Virus record (IMG/VR): IMGVR_UViG_3300042691_055965
Location: 62,001 to 126,000 of that record
DNA length: 64,000 nt
Direction: 5' to 3' (one strand)
The stretch's first letter is position 1. The number at the start of each line of letters is the position of its first letter. The notes beneath the pieces were generated by a model, which searched no databases, was not told the origin of the DNA, and was given only the letters and a program-made list of their open reading frames with translations. A program made the position numbers and the translations under genes. Positions 18,048 to 28,449 of this stretch are shown here, one piece after another.

Positions 18048-20000
18048 TTAATAAGATTTACCGACACCTTTAGTTGGTTTAGTTAATATTGGATAAGGAC
18101 CTGCAGTTCCAATTATATTTGGTATGTATACTTCAGTTTTTCCATTTTGTGCCTGTTCTTTATTCTGTCCTTTAATCATTCCAAACATAGCTTGATTCAT
18201 TCTATTTGGTGAACCATCACCATTATCTCCTGTTGGTAAACCTGCCCTTTGTAAATTTTCTATAACATTTGCAAAGGCTCTTGTATCTGAAACTCCACCA
18301 AGTAAATCGGCAGCAGCAAGTACAAACAGTGGTAAACCTAAATTAAGTTGACTAAGTCCTAAATTCAATAGTTTTAATATTTCATCAATAACACTTTTAC
18401 AACTTCTAAAATCTATAAATGCCTGAACAAGTTGTTGTAAAATATAAATAATTGTCGAATACATCTGAATTCTTTTATCTTTTGCTTCTTTTACGATATC
18501 AAGAATAAGACTTTCTACTAACAACTTAATCTCTCTTTTTATTATATTGAATATTTCTTCAATGAATATTGCAAAAATTCTTCTAGAAAAATTAACTATA
18601 AATTTTTTGAATACTTTTAAAAATTCTTCAAGATTAGAATAATTTAATTCAATGTTTGCCACTATAGATTTTAACATGACAATAAAACCCAACATTACTT
18701 TTGGTGAAAGAATTATTTTAACAAGTAACATTGGTAAACTTTTAATTAAATTCAATAATAAATTAGCGTTGATATCTACTGTTGGTGCGATAAGATTTTG
18801 CCAATTAGGATCATTTGCGGTATCATTTAATCCCTTAAATAGTTTTTTGATTTTGTTAGGTATTGTAACCTCTGTTATTATTTCTTCTAAAATATTGACA
18901 GTTGCTTGAGGGTTAACTGGTAATTGAACGTTACCACAATCCTCAAACTCAACCAAACCATTAACTGTAAGTTCAACATTATATTCAATTTGTCTTAATT
19001 CTTGATTTGTAACTTCAAAAAAATCATCATCTATAATGTCAAATTCAGGTAATTTTGCGGTTCCTGCAACATCTATTTTTTTTGTTGGATCGAAACAAAG
19101 TCCCATAATACGCATTATGATTTTAAAGAATTTTTCTAATTCTGTTAAATCTGCTTTTGATGTTTCAAGTCCAAAACTTAATGAACCTAAAAAATAATTT
19201 AATAAATTTGTTGCAATGTCTTCTATGTTAAATAACTGAATACTTTCAAAATAATCAAAAAGAAAATTAGTAATAGATATGTTTCCATTTGGTTGTGATG
19301 ATACTGTGACTTCATAAAAATCACCATATTGAACTACGTTATTTGCATCTGTGTATTGATCGACATATCTAATGTTAAACAATCCAGCACCAGATGAGCC
19401 AATATACCTACTACCATATTCTTGTACAAAGGATTGTGGTGATTGTAACCTTTTATATAGTTCTCTATTCATTGAATAAGGTAAAGTACCATTAGGTGTG
19501 TCTGCCTTTTCATAATAAAATTTGGCAAATTCACCATCAGGACCGTCTTTTAATATTTTGAATAAATCTATTTGACTTACTTTGATGTAAATAGGAATAT
19601 CTGCTTGAAAATTTTGTTCTTCTGAACACCCAATAGTAGATATTATTTCCTCTACAAGTATTTCTTGCATTCTATTTTTGGTGTTTTCACATGCTTCTAA
19701 AAATAAAACACTTAATGTTGAAAGCCCATTACCTGTTCCACCACCACTTGGAAGTATTTGTTTGTATATATCTAACAGTTCTTCTAACTGATTTTTTACT
19801 TGTGATTTAATTTCTTTGACTTTATTTTTTGCATCTTTTTTAAAGTCATTAATCTGTTTTACTGCATCTTGTTTTCGTTGATCTAAATTTTCTTTTGATG
19901 CTTGCCTTCTTTCTTGGGCTTCTTTTCTTTTCTGATCTCTTACAGTTTTATAAGAATCCACTTTGCTTTTGGCGTCATCATATTTTTTTCTTGTAGACAT
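18048..20000 (-). CDS. Large helical hypothetical protein, probably virion-associated
   Basis: N-terminal coiled coil and amphipathic helices; in a late operon with the spike gene. Confidence 0.5.
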   Translation of the reverse strand: MSTRKKYDDAKSKVDSYKTVRDQKRKEAQERRQASKENLDQRKQDAVKQINDFKKDAKNKVKEIKSQVKNQLEELLDIYKQILPSGGGTGNGLSTLSVLFLEACENTKNRMQEILVEEIISTIGCSEEQNFQADIPIYIKVSQIDLFKILKDGPDGEFAKFYYEKADTPNGTLPYSMNRELYKRLQSPQSFVQEYGSRYIGSSGAGLFNIRYVDQYTDANNVVQYGDFYEVTVSSQPNGNISITNFLFDYFESIQLFNIEDIATNLLNYFLGSLSFGLETSKADLTELEKFFKIIMRIMGLCFDPTKKIDVAGTAKLPEFDIIDDDFFEVTNQELRQIEYNVELTVNGLVEFEDCGNVQLPVNPQATVNILEEIITEVTIPNKIKKLFKGLNDTANDPNWQNLIAPTVDINANLLLNLIKSLPMLLVKIILSPKVMLGFIVMLKSIVANIELNYSNLEEFLKVFKKFIVNFSRRIFAIFIEEIFNIIKREIKLLVESLILDIVKEAKDKRIQMYSTIIYILQQLVQAFIDFRSCKSVIDEILKLLNLGLSQLNLGLPLFVLAAADLLGGVSDTRAFANVIENLQRAGLPTGDNGDGSPNRMNQAMFGMIKGQNKEQAQNGKTEVYIPNIIGTAGPYPILTKPTKGVGKSY

Positions 20001-20002
20001 AA

Positions 20003-20374
20003 TTAATCTAAAGTATATTTTTGATCACTACTTTTATCGACATCTCTTTTGATTAAATTTTGAATTATGTCGTCATCAACATCATTTAAAGTGAAAGATT
20101 CATCTTTACTACTATTACTCTTTTCCCATATTGTGGATTGAAGTTTAGAAAGACTTAATTTTTTTTCTATTGTGTCGTTTATGATTTTTTGTTGTTCTTT
20201 GATAATTGGACCGATAACAGTCATATCTTCGGCATCTTTCAAAAGTGAAAGCATTTTGTTTTGAATTCTTAAAGCGGTTGCTCTTTGTTCAACTAGTTCA
20301 TTATAAATTTCTTGCATCAAACTTAACACAGAATCTTTGTTAAGTGTAATTTCTTTTTTTCTTGTCCTGTTCAT
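20003..20374 (-). CDS. Coiled-coil hypothetical protein
   Basis: Late motif TATTTATT at 20378-20385 (minus strand). Confidence 0.6.
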   Translation of the reverse strand: MNRTRKKEITLNKDSVLSLMQEIYNELVEQRATALRIQNKMLSLLKDAEDMTVIGPIIKEQQKIINDTIEKKLSLSKLQSTIWEKSNSSKDESFTLNDVDDDIIQNLIKRDVDKSSDQKYTLD

Positions 20375-20398
20375 AATAATAAATATTTATTTTATCAT

Positions 20399-21145
20399 TT
20401 ATGAATTGTGAATTCTTTTGAGTGTGTCTAAATATAAAGTTTTGTATTTTTTTAAGTAAATTCTAATTTCTTTAGTGTTTAGATTAGTCATTTCTCTTAA
20501 CGATAACAATACAATGTTTTTGTTGAATTTATTATTATCATTACCAATGAAAATATTTCCATAATTGTCAAATAATTCAATAAGTGCGTGACCTAGTTTT
20601 AATTCATTTTCATTTTCTATTTTATTGTGAACGTAAAGTCTTAAGTCACTCAAAAATGTATCTATAACTTTTTCGGCATCAATTTTTTCAAATTCCAAAT
20701 AATAAATCATATCAGGACGATTTTCTAATGTTGATGAAATATCTTCATAAGAAATTTTTCTATTTGTGTCTTTCTGATCTTTTTGGATTTGCCCCATAAG
20801 ATAGTTTTTACAAATAGTACCAAAATAAGAATACGCCTTCTTATTTTTTGCCGGTTTAAATTTATCAATTTTTGTCATTAGAAAAGAATGTGTGTCTGAA
20901 TGATTATCTTCAAAATTCATATCTCTTCTATATAATTTGTATCTTCGGATAATTGACTCTATCATTTTGTTCAATGGTTCCCGAAGACACGTATTATAGA
21001 TAAATTCTTTTTCTTCACGAGAGTTAGATAAAAGGTAATCTTTAACTGCCTGCTCTTCACGAACGTCAAAGTAATTATTTTTTTTTACTTTATTCGTCTT
21101 TTTAAATTCTATACTGGTTGTTTCATTTTCACCTGAAATAAACAT
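20399..21145 (-). CDS. Phage late-transcription sigma factor (gp55-like)
   Basis: KNNYF N-terminus; region 2-like KFKP...KAYSYFGTICKNY, comparable to gp55 F.P..S.NPFAYFTQI. Confidence 0.7.
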   Translation of the reverse strand: MFISGENETTSIEFKKTNKVKKNNYFDVREEQAVKDYLLSNSREEKEFIYNTCLREPLNKMIESIIRRYKLYRRDMNFEDNHSDTHSFLMTKIDKFKPAKNKKAYSYFGTICKNYLMGQIQKDQKDTNRKISYEDISSTLENRPDMIYYLEFEKIDAEKVIDTFLSDLRLYVHNKIENENELKLGHALIELFDNYGNIFIGNDNNKFNKNIVLLSLREMTNLNTKEIRIYLKKYKTLYLDTLKRIHNS

Positions 21146-21954
21146 TAAACTTCTTGTGGTTCGAATTTTATGTTTCTATCGGTAGTGAAAAAGTATTCTT
21201 TTTTTGCCGTTTCTAACCAAAAACTAACTTCAGTGTCTGAAATTCTTTCGTCGCTAAATTTGTAATTCCAAAAAATAGAACCTTCCCTCATGTTCGTATG
21301 TTTATAACCGATTCTTGGAATTGTCATAATTTTTACCGAATTATATGTAAGTCTTAAAAGGAATTCATATACAAATGTAAGTTTAATAGATGGTTTAAAT
21401 CCCCCATTGTCTTCAAACACTGATTTTTTAATTACCATACCACTGGTTTGAAAATTTTGATAATTTAAAAGTAAATCATTTGTAAGATATCCCATTTCTG
21501 TATTAATACTCACTGCAAAAGTTGCTTCGTTTGTAAATCCAGCAAACACACCTTTATCATCAGTATCAACAACTAACGGTAAAAAAGTATCAACTTCAGG
21601 ATATGATTCTTCAAACCGTTTCACATTTTTAAACCAAATTGCAGAGTATTCATCATCAAATTCCAAAACAGACACCCACTTACTTGTAGCATTTTTTACA
21701 CCCAAATTAACTTGTGATGAAAAGTCAGTATCACCAGTATTTTCAATCTTGACAACATTTATGTTTTCAAAGTCAATAGAATCCAACTTATTTTTAAGTG
21801 TTTCGTCTTGTGAATGTACAATGATTAATTCATTAATTTTGACTGTTTGATTTTTAATTGATTGTATACTTCTTTCAAATAGACTATCAAAATCCCTTAC
21901 ATTTGAAGAACTAACTGGTAAAATTACTGATACATTAAATTTATTCATTTCCAT
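21145..21954 (-). CDS. Glycosyltransferase, GT2/GT-A fold
   Basis: VSVILPV, SIKNQT, NLGV....SKWV.VLEFDD. Confidence 0.8.
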   Translation of the reverse strand: MEMNKFNVSVILPVSSSNVRDFDSLFERSIQSIKNQTVKINELIIVHSQDETLKNKLDSIDFENINVVKIENTGDTDFSSQVNLGVKNATSKWVSVLEFDDEYSAIWFKNVKRFEESYPEVDTFLPLVVDTDDKGVFAGFTNEATFAVSINTEMGYLTNDLLLNYQNFQTSGMVIKKSVFEDNGGFKPSIKLTFVYEFLLRLTYNSVKIMTIPRIGYKHTNMREGSIFWNYKFSDERISDTEVSFWLETAKKEYFFTTDRNIKFEPQEV

Positions 21955-21963
21955 AATATTTTT

Positions 21964-23022
21964 TTATTGTTCTACTTTTATTTTTTCTAATTGTTCAGAA
22001 AACGACTCTAATCTTTTTGTAAAATATGAATCAAACAAAGTCACAATATTTGATTCATAAGATTCTCTATTTTGAAATTCTTTTGCTGTGTTAGACATTT
22101 CTTCATATAAATTTTCAGAAATATTATCTTCGAGCCAATTTTGTGTAAAAGTTGAAAGAATGTCTACAATTTCATTAAACTGATAAGTCCATACTCCGTT
22201 ATTTTCTGTCATCCAATCAGGTTTCAATGATGGTATTTTACCAATTACTGGTGTACCTGAAAGCATTGATTCTAAAGGAAAAGTCCCAAAGGCTGATTCA
22301 TTGTCTACCCATACAGATACGAATGAATCTTTTAAAAAGTTTGCAAAATCTTTTTGTGTAATACCTCGCATGTCTCTAAATGTTATCCATCTAAATTGAG
22401 GATACTTTAAATAAAAGGTTTTAATAATTTTTGCTGTATCTCTTGGTTCTCTTGTATGAATTGCAATAATTGGTTTTGATGGTTTTTCTTTTTTAGTGAA
22501 TACTTCAGGAATATTAATAGATAATACATCAATACTTACATTTCTCATAATTTGATTGATATAATTTTTTTGGTATTCTGAAGTGGTAATACATTTCATA
22601 AAACCGTATTGACTCCAATTCACACCAGGTGGTAATGTTTCCAACATATAATCATACGATTGACATAGGACAATTTTTGCACATGGTAAATTTTTAATTT
22701 GTTCCATAACGTGCCCATAGATTTCAGGTATTATTACAAAATCTTCAGGTGCTATTGGTAAGTTTTGTCCTTCAATTACTTGGTGTGGTATTTCCATATA
22801 TTCTTCACCTAACCATTCAGAAACACCTTTATATTCACTTGTTTCGTGCATGATAATTGAGTTGTAACCATTTTTTCTTAACACAAGTGCCATGTCATAA
22901 ATGTGTCTGATACCCGCTCTTGGGTTACCTTTGGTATCTTGAACCAAAAAATAAATTCTTGATTGTTTGTTTTCAAGGTTTGATACCGATTGTTCAATTT
23001 TTTGAATTTTTTCTAATTCCAT
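21964..23022 (-). CDS. Glycosyltransferase, GT-B (GT4-like)
   Basis: AGIRHIY; IIPE; SAFGTFPLESM.SG.PVIG. Confidence 0.75.
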   Translation of the reverse strand: MELEKIQKIEQSVSNLENKQSRIYFLVQDTKGNPRAGIRHIYDMALVLRKNGYNSIIMHETSEYKGVSEWLGEEYMEIPHQVIEGQNLPIAPEDFVIIPEIYGHVMEQIKNLPCAKIVLCQSYDYMLETLPPGVNWSQYGFMKCITTSEYQKNYINQIMRNVSIDVLSINIPEVFTKKEKPSKPIIAIHTREPRDTAKIIKTFYLKYPQFRWITFRDMRGITQKDFANFLKDSFVSVWVDNESAFGTFPLESMLSGTPVIGKIPSLKPDWMTENNGVWTYQFNEIVDILSTFTQNWLEDNISENLYEEMSNTAKEFQNRESYESNIVTLFDSYFTKRLESFSEQLEKIKVEQ

Positions 23023-23027
23023 TTTAT

Positions 23028-23312
23028 TTATAAATTTTTAATTATACGGTTTATTAATAGTGTATTAAATGCAAATTTGAATGGTATGGATAAGTCTTTA
23101 CCAGCATGTGCTCCAAGTCCTTCGTCAATGTCTTCCCTTTCTGTTAGAATAACATCAACCATACCTTTTAAAATTTCATACTTGGTAACACTTATTTGTT
23201 GTTCGGGTGTACCACTGAAATTTTCTTCTTTGTTTTGTGTTCCTTCAAAACTTACACGTTTTTCGATTTCGTCGATGTCTAAATAATAATTTTCTCCTAA
23301 AAATTTTAACAT
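23028..23312 (-). CDS. Hypothetical protein
   Basis: Overlaps the upstream stop within the operon. Confidence 0.6.
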   Translation of the reverse strand: MLKFLGENYYLDIDEIEKRVSFEGTQNKEENFSGTPEQQISVTKYEILKGMVDVILTEREDIDEGLGAHAGKDLSIPFKFAFNTLLINRIIKNL

Positions 23313-23959
23313 ACTGTCATTTTTTGTATTATTTCATCGAACCCTTTTAGAACATCTATTTCGTATTTAGTTTCGATATTTTTATTGTATTCTGTTTTGT
23401 ATTTTACTATTGTTTTACCTTCAGGTGTATTTGTAATATAATCAGGATTTGCCGTAAGTAAAATGTCTACCTCATCCCACATTGTTTGAATTGTTGATTT
23501 TGAATAAAATTTTATCTTTTCAATTAAACAACCAAACTTTGATAAGAAAAATAATGTTGCAGGTTTGGATTTACCAACCTCATCTGAAACAATCAAAATT
23601 TCATATTCATCCCTATATTTCAAATAAAATTCATTCAAGTCGTTAAAAGTAAAAGTTTCTGTAGAACCGGCATGTCCAAAAATTTGCATTGCAAAATCTT
23701 CATACATAAAACTATATAGTTCTTCTTCATTTTTAAATCTAAAATGATTTGTTAAATCTAATGATGTAACATCACTAATGATTTCATAGTTGAATACTTC
23801 TTGTTGTAATACCTGACTAGTGTTTCCTGATTCGTCAATTTCATATGATACAATGTCATCGTCAGTTTTTTCATCAATCATATGTTTTTCATATAATTGT
23901 TTAAATTTACCAATAGTATCACGTAAAACACCATTAACTTCAATTCCTATTTTCTTCAT
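23306..23959 (-). CDS. NT5C/HAD-like protein with degenerate catalytic motifs
   Basis: KIGIEVNGVLRD (HAD motif I position), DILLTANP (motif IV position), C-terminal YN. Start revised to 23959. Confidence 0.55.
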   Translation of the reverse strand: MKKIGIEVNGVLRDTIGKFKQLYEKHMIDEKTDDDIVSYEIDESGNTSQVLQQEVFNYEIISDVTSLDLTNHFRFKNEEELYSFMYEDFAMQIFGHAGSTETFTFNDLNEFYLKYRDEYEILIVSDEVGKSKPATLFFLSKFGCLIEKIKFYSKSTIQTMWDEVDILLTANPDYITNTPEGKTIVKYKTEYNKNIETKYEIDVLKGFDEIIQKMTVC

Positions 23960-24677
23960 CGTATTTTTCAAGAATTTTTCCAATCAAAGGATTTCTAACG
24001 TTTTTAGCGTTTCTAAAATCATACACACCAATATCGTTTATATTATTAAATCTTTGAAGTGCGTCGTACAATCCCGATTGTTTTTTATCTTTATATCTAT
24101 CGGTTTGTTCCAAGTCACCAGATATAAAGAATTTACTATTATAACCGATTCTTGTCAATAGTAATTTCATTTGATTTGGTGTTGCGTTTTGTGCTTCTTC
24201 AAAAATCAAAATAGAATTGTCTATGTTCATACCACGCATGTATGCTAATGCAAAAACTTCTATAACTTCAGCATCTTTTAATTTTTCACGGGCATCTTTC
24301 CCAATAATTTTATTTAAAAGGTAGTAGGATGGAAAAATATATGGATCTAACTTTTCTTCTAAATTACCGGGTAATGAGCCTAATTTTTCTTCGGCTTCAA
24401 CCGCTGGACGTACAATAATAATTTTTTCATAACTATTCGAGGAATCCATAAGTAAATCAACCGCAGCTTTCATTGCTATGTAACTTTTACCTACACCTGC
24501 AGGTCCTGAACAAATTGTGATTTGATTTTCTTTGAGGATATTGTAGTAATCTTCTTGATTTGGTGATAAAAACTTATTTTTTTGTTTTTTCTTAATAACA
24601 GAATTTATGAAGTCTTTTCTTGAAAACGGTTTACCTTCAGGTTCTTCACTTTGAGTTTGTGGTTTTTTTCTTGTCAT
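23940..24677 (-). CDS. phoH: PhoH-like ATPase
   Basis: GPAGVGKS, RPAVEA.EKLGSLPG, LAYMRG, EEAQN, LTRIG, GD.EQ.D. Confidence 0.95.
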   Translation of the reverse strand: MTRKKPQTQSEEPEGKPFSRKDFINSVIKKKQKNKFLSPNQEDYYNILKENQITICSGPAGVGKSYIAMKAAVDLLMDSSNSYEKIIIVRPAVEAEEKLGSLPGNLEEKLDPYIFPSYYLLNKIIGKDAREKLKDAEVIEVFALAYMRGMNIDNSILIFEEAQNATPNQMKLLLTRIGYNSKFFISGDLEQTDRYKDKKQSGLYDALQRFNNINDIGVYDFRNAKNVRNPLIGKILEKYDEENRN

Positions 24678-24690
24678 TATGAAATTTTTC

Positions 24691-25509
24691 TTATTTATAC
24701 AACTTTTGTGAAAAATTTTTCATTTCTTCAATTTGTTGTTTTAGATTTGGTACGTCTACAAATTTATCATAAATAGACGTAATACTTCTGTCACAAAAAT
24801 TTGTAGCTTCCACAGGAACCACCTTTAAGTTTAATCCGTATATTTCACTGATTAATTCTACCAAATCTTTTTTATTAACTGTGTTAGAATGAATATGTTT
24901 AATCCCATTCCAAAAAAGATTTTCGTCAATAATTTTTTTACAAATTTTTGCAAATTGTAAACACGTCATACCGTTCCAAAAATGATTAGTAAATCCGTTT
25001 ACCGTGTTGTTTTTTTCGGATTTAATCCACTCGACTAAAGATCTACCTTGATTTATTTCTTCACCAATAATTGATGTTCTTATTACGGTGCAATTATCGG
25101 GCTCACCCAGTGCTTTTGACATACCATACACATCGCTAACATCGTATTTATCGTTTTCGTTATATTTTCCTTTATTACCCGTATAAACACAATCCGTAGT
25201 AGGATGAATCATTTTAACACCCAACAATTTACAAACATTGGACAACATTCTTGGGAAAACAGAATTGACTAAAATTGCATTCAAATCTCCTAATTCGTCT
25301 ACCCTTGGTTTGATAGTTCCTGCACAATTAATTAAAATGTCATTTTCTTTTATGTCAATATTAATTAATTGACTTTTTAATTTATTTTCGTCAATTTTTG
25401 ATGCGTCAATTTCTTTCCTTCCAACATTAACTATTTCATAAAATTCAGATAAATATGTTGATACATAGTTACCTAACATTCCTGTATTTCCTATAATGTA
25501 AACTTTCAT
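24691..25509 (-). CDS. rmlD: dTDP-4-dehydrorhamnose reductase-like SDR
   Basis: GNTGMLG, TDCVY.G..G.Y.E.D, YGMSK..GE, RTSIIG. Confidence 0.85.
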   Translation of the reverse strand: MKVYIIGNTGMLGNYVSTYLSEFYEIVNVGRKEIDASKIDENKLKSQLINIDIKENDILINCAGTIKPRVDELGDLNAILVNSVFPRMLSNVCKLLGVKMIHPTTDCVYTGNKGKYNENDKYDVSDVYGMSKALGEPDNCTVIRTSIIGEEINQGRSLVEWIKSEKNNTVNGFTNHFWNGMTCLQFAKICKKIIDENLFWNGIKHIHSNTVNKKDLVELISEIYGLNLKVVPVEATNFCDRSITSIYDKFVDVPNLKQQIEEMKNFSQKLYK

Positions 25510-25521
25510 AATTTTTATTTT

Positions 25522-25941
25522 TTATCTATAATTTTCTTCCCAGATATTCCATTTATTGTGTTCTTCTCTTATATCATCGTCTAAACTTTCAGACAATGTT
25601 GTCGTTGAAAAAAATAACAATTTAGTGTTTTCTTCTAATGATTTGAATCCGTTAAAATTACCTGGTGGGATAAAAAGTACTTTAGGTGATTTATCTGATA
25701 AAATGTATTTTGAAATTTCATTGGTTTCCATATTTACAACACCAATTAGTGCCGAACCCGATGCGACATAAACATATTTACCTTCTTTTTTATGTCCGTG
25801 CCAAGCCCTTATAAACCCTTTACTGTGGTTTTCTACGTGATAAAATCTTTTTACATTTTGGAAATTGAAGTCGTTAACAAAACGCACAGTACCTCTATCA
25901 TCAACAGAAATACCACCATTTATTAATTTTGTACCATTCAT
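25522..25941 (-). CDS. rmlC: NDP-4-keto-6-deoxyhexose 3,5-epimerase-like cupin
   Basis: DDRG, RAWHGH, LFIPPG..NGF. Confidence 0.75.
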   Translation of the reverse strand: MNGTKLINGGISVDDRGTVRFVNDFNFQNVKRFYHVENHSKGFIRAWHGHKKEGKYVYVASGSALIGVVNMETNEISKYILSDKSPKVLFIPPGNFNGFKSLEENTKLLFFSTTTLSESLDDDIREEHNKWNIWEENYR

Positions 25942-26897
25942 ACTAATTCATTTTTTTCTTTTTTATTTTTTAGATATGCCCCATTATGATATACTTTATC
26001 TTCTGGATTTGATACTCTATTTTCATTAAACATTTTTACCATTCTGATAACTTCGTCTTCTACGGTTACCTGTGGTTTATATTTAAAAACTTTTAATGAC
26101 TTTGAATTATCAACTTTATAATTTCTTGCATCTTGAAAACTAATTTCAGTGTAGTTTATTTTAGTTCCTGGAATCAATTTAGCTACCCTTTCACCTAGTT
26201 CTTTAATTATAACATTTTCTTTTGCTAAAACAAATATTCCTGAATATTTTTCTTTACAAGCTTCAGTAACATATTCGGCGATGTCTTTCACCGCTATTAT
26301 TGGTCTCCATTGTTCACCACCATTTATTGTTATTTCTTTTTCTTTAACTGCTTTCATTGTCAAAACATTTACAACTAAATCCATCCTTAAACGACTATAG
26401 GTGTCACCTAAACCAAATACGGTGCCCAATCTAAAAACAGTACCACCTTTTTGTAAAATGTATTTTTCTGCGGCTAATTTTGTCGAGGCATATGACGATA
26501 ATGGGTTTGTTTCACTTTCTTCATTTAACCATCCATTTTGTGCACCATAAACGGAACAAGTAGACATAAAAACTAAATGTTTGTTAGGTAAAACCACATC
26601 ACAAAAGTCTTTAATTGATTTGTAATTTATTTCTTCAGTAAGGTGTTGATCGACACTACATGCTGGATCACCAACAAGTGCAGACATTAAAACTATTATA
26701 TCAAAATTTTTGGATACGTTATATAGTTTTTCAGTATCCCTAATATCCCCATAAATAAAATTTATGTCTTTTAAGAACCTATTTTCGTACAATAAATTAT
26801 CAAAAACAGTTACTTCAAATCCGTCTCTAATTAGATAGTCACAAGTCAACCCACCAATATAACCTGCTCCTCCACATAACAATACTTTTTTTTTCAT
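25938..26897 (-). CDS. NAD-dependent epimerase/dehydratase
   Basis: GGAGYIG, STCSVYG, YASTK, RLGTVFG. Confidence 0.88.
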   Translation of the reverse strand: MKKKVLLCGGAGYIGGLTCDYLIRDGFEVTVFDNLLYENRFLKDINFIYGDIRDTEKLYNVSKNFDIIVLMSALVGDPACSVDQHLTEEINYKSIKDFCDVVLPNKHLVFMSTCSVYGAQNGWLNEESETNPLSSYASTKLAAEKYILQKGGTVFRLGTVFGLGDTYSRLRMDLVVNVLTMKAVKEKEITINGGEQWRPIIAVKDIAEYVTEACKEKYSGIFVLAKENVIIKELGERVAKLIPGTKINYTEISFQDARNYKVDNSKSLKVFKYKPQVTVEDEVIRMVKMFNENRVSNPEDKVYHNGAYLKNKKEKNELV

Positions 26898-26909
26898 TTT
26901 TTTAAAATT

Positions 26910-27491
26910 TTATTCTATTATTTTACTATCTAAAGTTAAAACATATAGATAGTTAATGTTATTATTAACCTGCCGGAATTCATGGGTTTCCTGATGAACT
27001 ACATAAAAATATTTACTAATGATAGGTTCCCAATAATTCATATCTTCTATAATTGTATGTAATTCAACACCATTCTGTATATCATGATGATTTGCTATTG
27101 TTAAAATAACATTTTTAGATATTTGTGCAAAATTGTTTAAAACATTTTCAATAAATGACTTATCTAAGTGCTCTAAAACATCTAAACAAGTTAATAGTTC
27201 GTAACTATTCTTTTTAATTTTTTCAAAGTCTTTATCATTTGATAAATCCAAACTTATAAATTCGTAATCCAAATTATTAAATTTATTCAAATCTGTACAA
27301 GTTATTTGTATATCCGAAACTTCACTTGAAAGTAATTTTAAAAAAGTTCCAGTACCCGTGCTTATATCAATTATGGATTTTATGTTGTTTTTTTTAATAA
27401 AGTCAATCGAATATTTACCACTCACAGGGCTTCCCCCATACTCGTTATATTTTTGACTAAAAAGTTTACTATAGGTTTCTAAATAATCCAT
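26910..27491 (-). CDS. Class I SAM-dependent methyltransferase
   Basis: IIDISTGTG, CLDVLEHL. Confidence 0.8.
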   Translation of the reverse strand: MDYLETYSKLFSQKYNEYGGSPVSGKYSIDFIKKNNIKSIIDISTGTGTFLKLLSSEVSDIQITCTDLNKFNNLDYEFISLDLSNDKDFEKIKKNSYELLTCLDVLEHLDKSFIENVLNNFAQISKNVILTIANHHDIQNGVELHTIIEDMNYWEPIISKYFYVVHQETHEFRQVNNNINYLYVLTLDSKIIE

Positions 27492-27531
27492 GTTGTAAAC
27501 ATGATTGTTTTTAATTTTTTGTAAACATTAT

Positions 27532-28449
27532 TTATAATGAATTTATTAAATTCAACCATGTTTCCTTACAAAAATCGGTAGTTAATCCCATTTCAATAAA
27601 GTCTTTTCTAGGGTCGAATTCAGTTTTATTATTTATAACGTAATTAATTTCACGTATAAAATCTTTGTAATCAAATGATTTTGTGTTTCTACCCCATTTC
27701 CCATTTGGTTTATTATAATATATACCTACATTTGACGTGACTAATGGTAAACCGCATGCGGCAGCTTCTACTCCCGCTAAATGTAAAGTTTCTACTCTTG
27801 AAGTACAAACCAAAAGTTGACAAGAATTCATGATTTTTACCAGCAAATCATGATCGATGCGGTTAAAAACTTTGACTCTTTCATTTTTAATCGAAAAATC
27901 ATCTTTCATTACTAAACAAAAATTATAATTAGTATTTTCAATGATATTAATCATAATGTCAAAACCTTTTGGTGTAATATTGTCCGCCCCAATAAAAAGG
28001 ATTGAATTTGGTAATAATCCTAAATTATCAGTGAAATTATAATTCAAAGGTTTAAATTTGTTGAAATCGACACCTAGAGGTATCATGACAGTTTTACTTG
28101 TTATTAAATTTTCATAATGTGATTGAGTATATGGTGAATTAAAAACTACAATATCGGAATTATTACAAACTTTAATTTGTTCATAATTATTAGGTGTCAA
28201 ATCTTGTAACAAACTAATAGTTTTAGTCGGTATATTCATTTGTCTGAAATATGTTGCATTCCTTATTATATAGTCAGGTACACCATTATTTAAGGCATCA
28301 AATTCAATATTATTAGGTAAGACATGAAAAGGTGTGTAACCGTTACATTTGTCTTCTAAATTAGGTATCCATTCTAACAAATCATGCCAGAATGTTTTTG
28401 TATTTGGTATACAAGTTAATGTGTCGTTAACTAACCATCCTTTTTTCAT
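27532..28449 (-). CDS. Glycosyltransferase family 4-like
   Basis: IPLGVD...F, KGFD, ETLHLAGVEAAACGLP.V.S.VG. Confidence 0.85.
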   Translation of the reverse strand: MKKGWLVNDTLTCIPNTKTFWHDLLEWIPNLEDKCNGYTPFHVLPNNIEFDALNNGVPDYIIRNATYFRQMNIPTKTISLLQDLTPNNYEQIKVCNNSDIVVFNSPYTQSHYENLITSKTVMIPLGVDFNKFKPLNYNFTDNLGLLPNSILFIGADNITPKGFDIMINIIENTNYNFCLVMKDDFSIKNERVKVFNRIDHDLLVKIMNSCQLLVCTSRVETLHLAGVEAAACGLPLVTSNVGIYYNKPNGKWGRNTKSFDYKDFIREINYVINNKTEFDPRKDFIEMGLTTDFCKETWLNLINSL

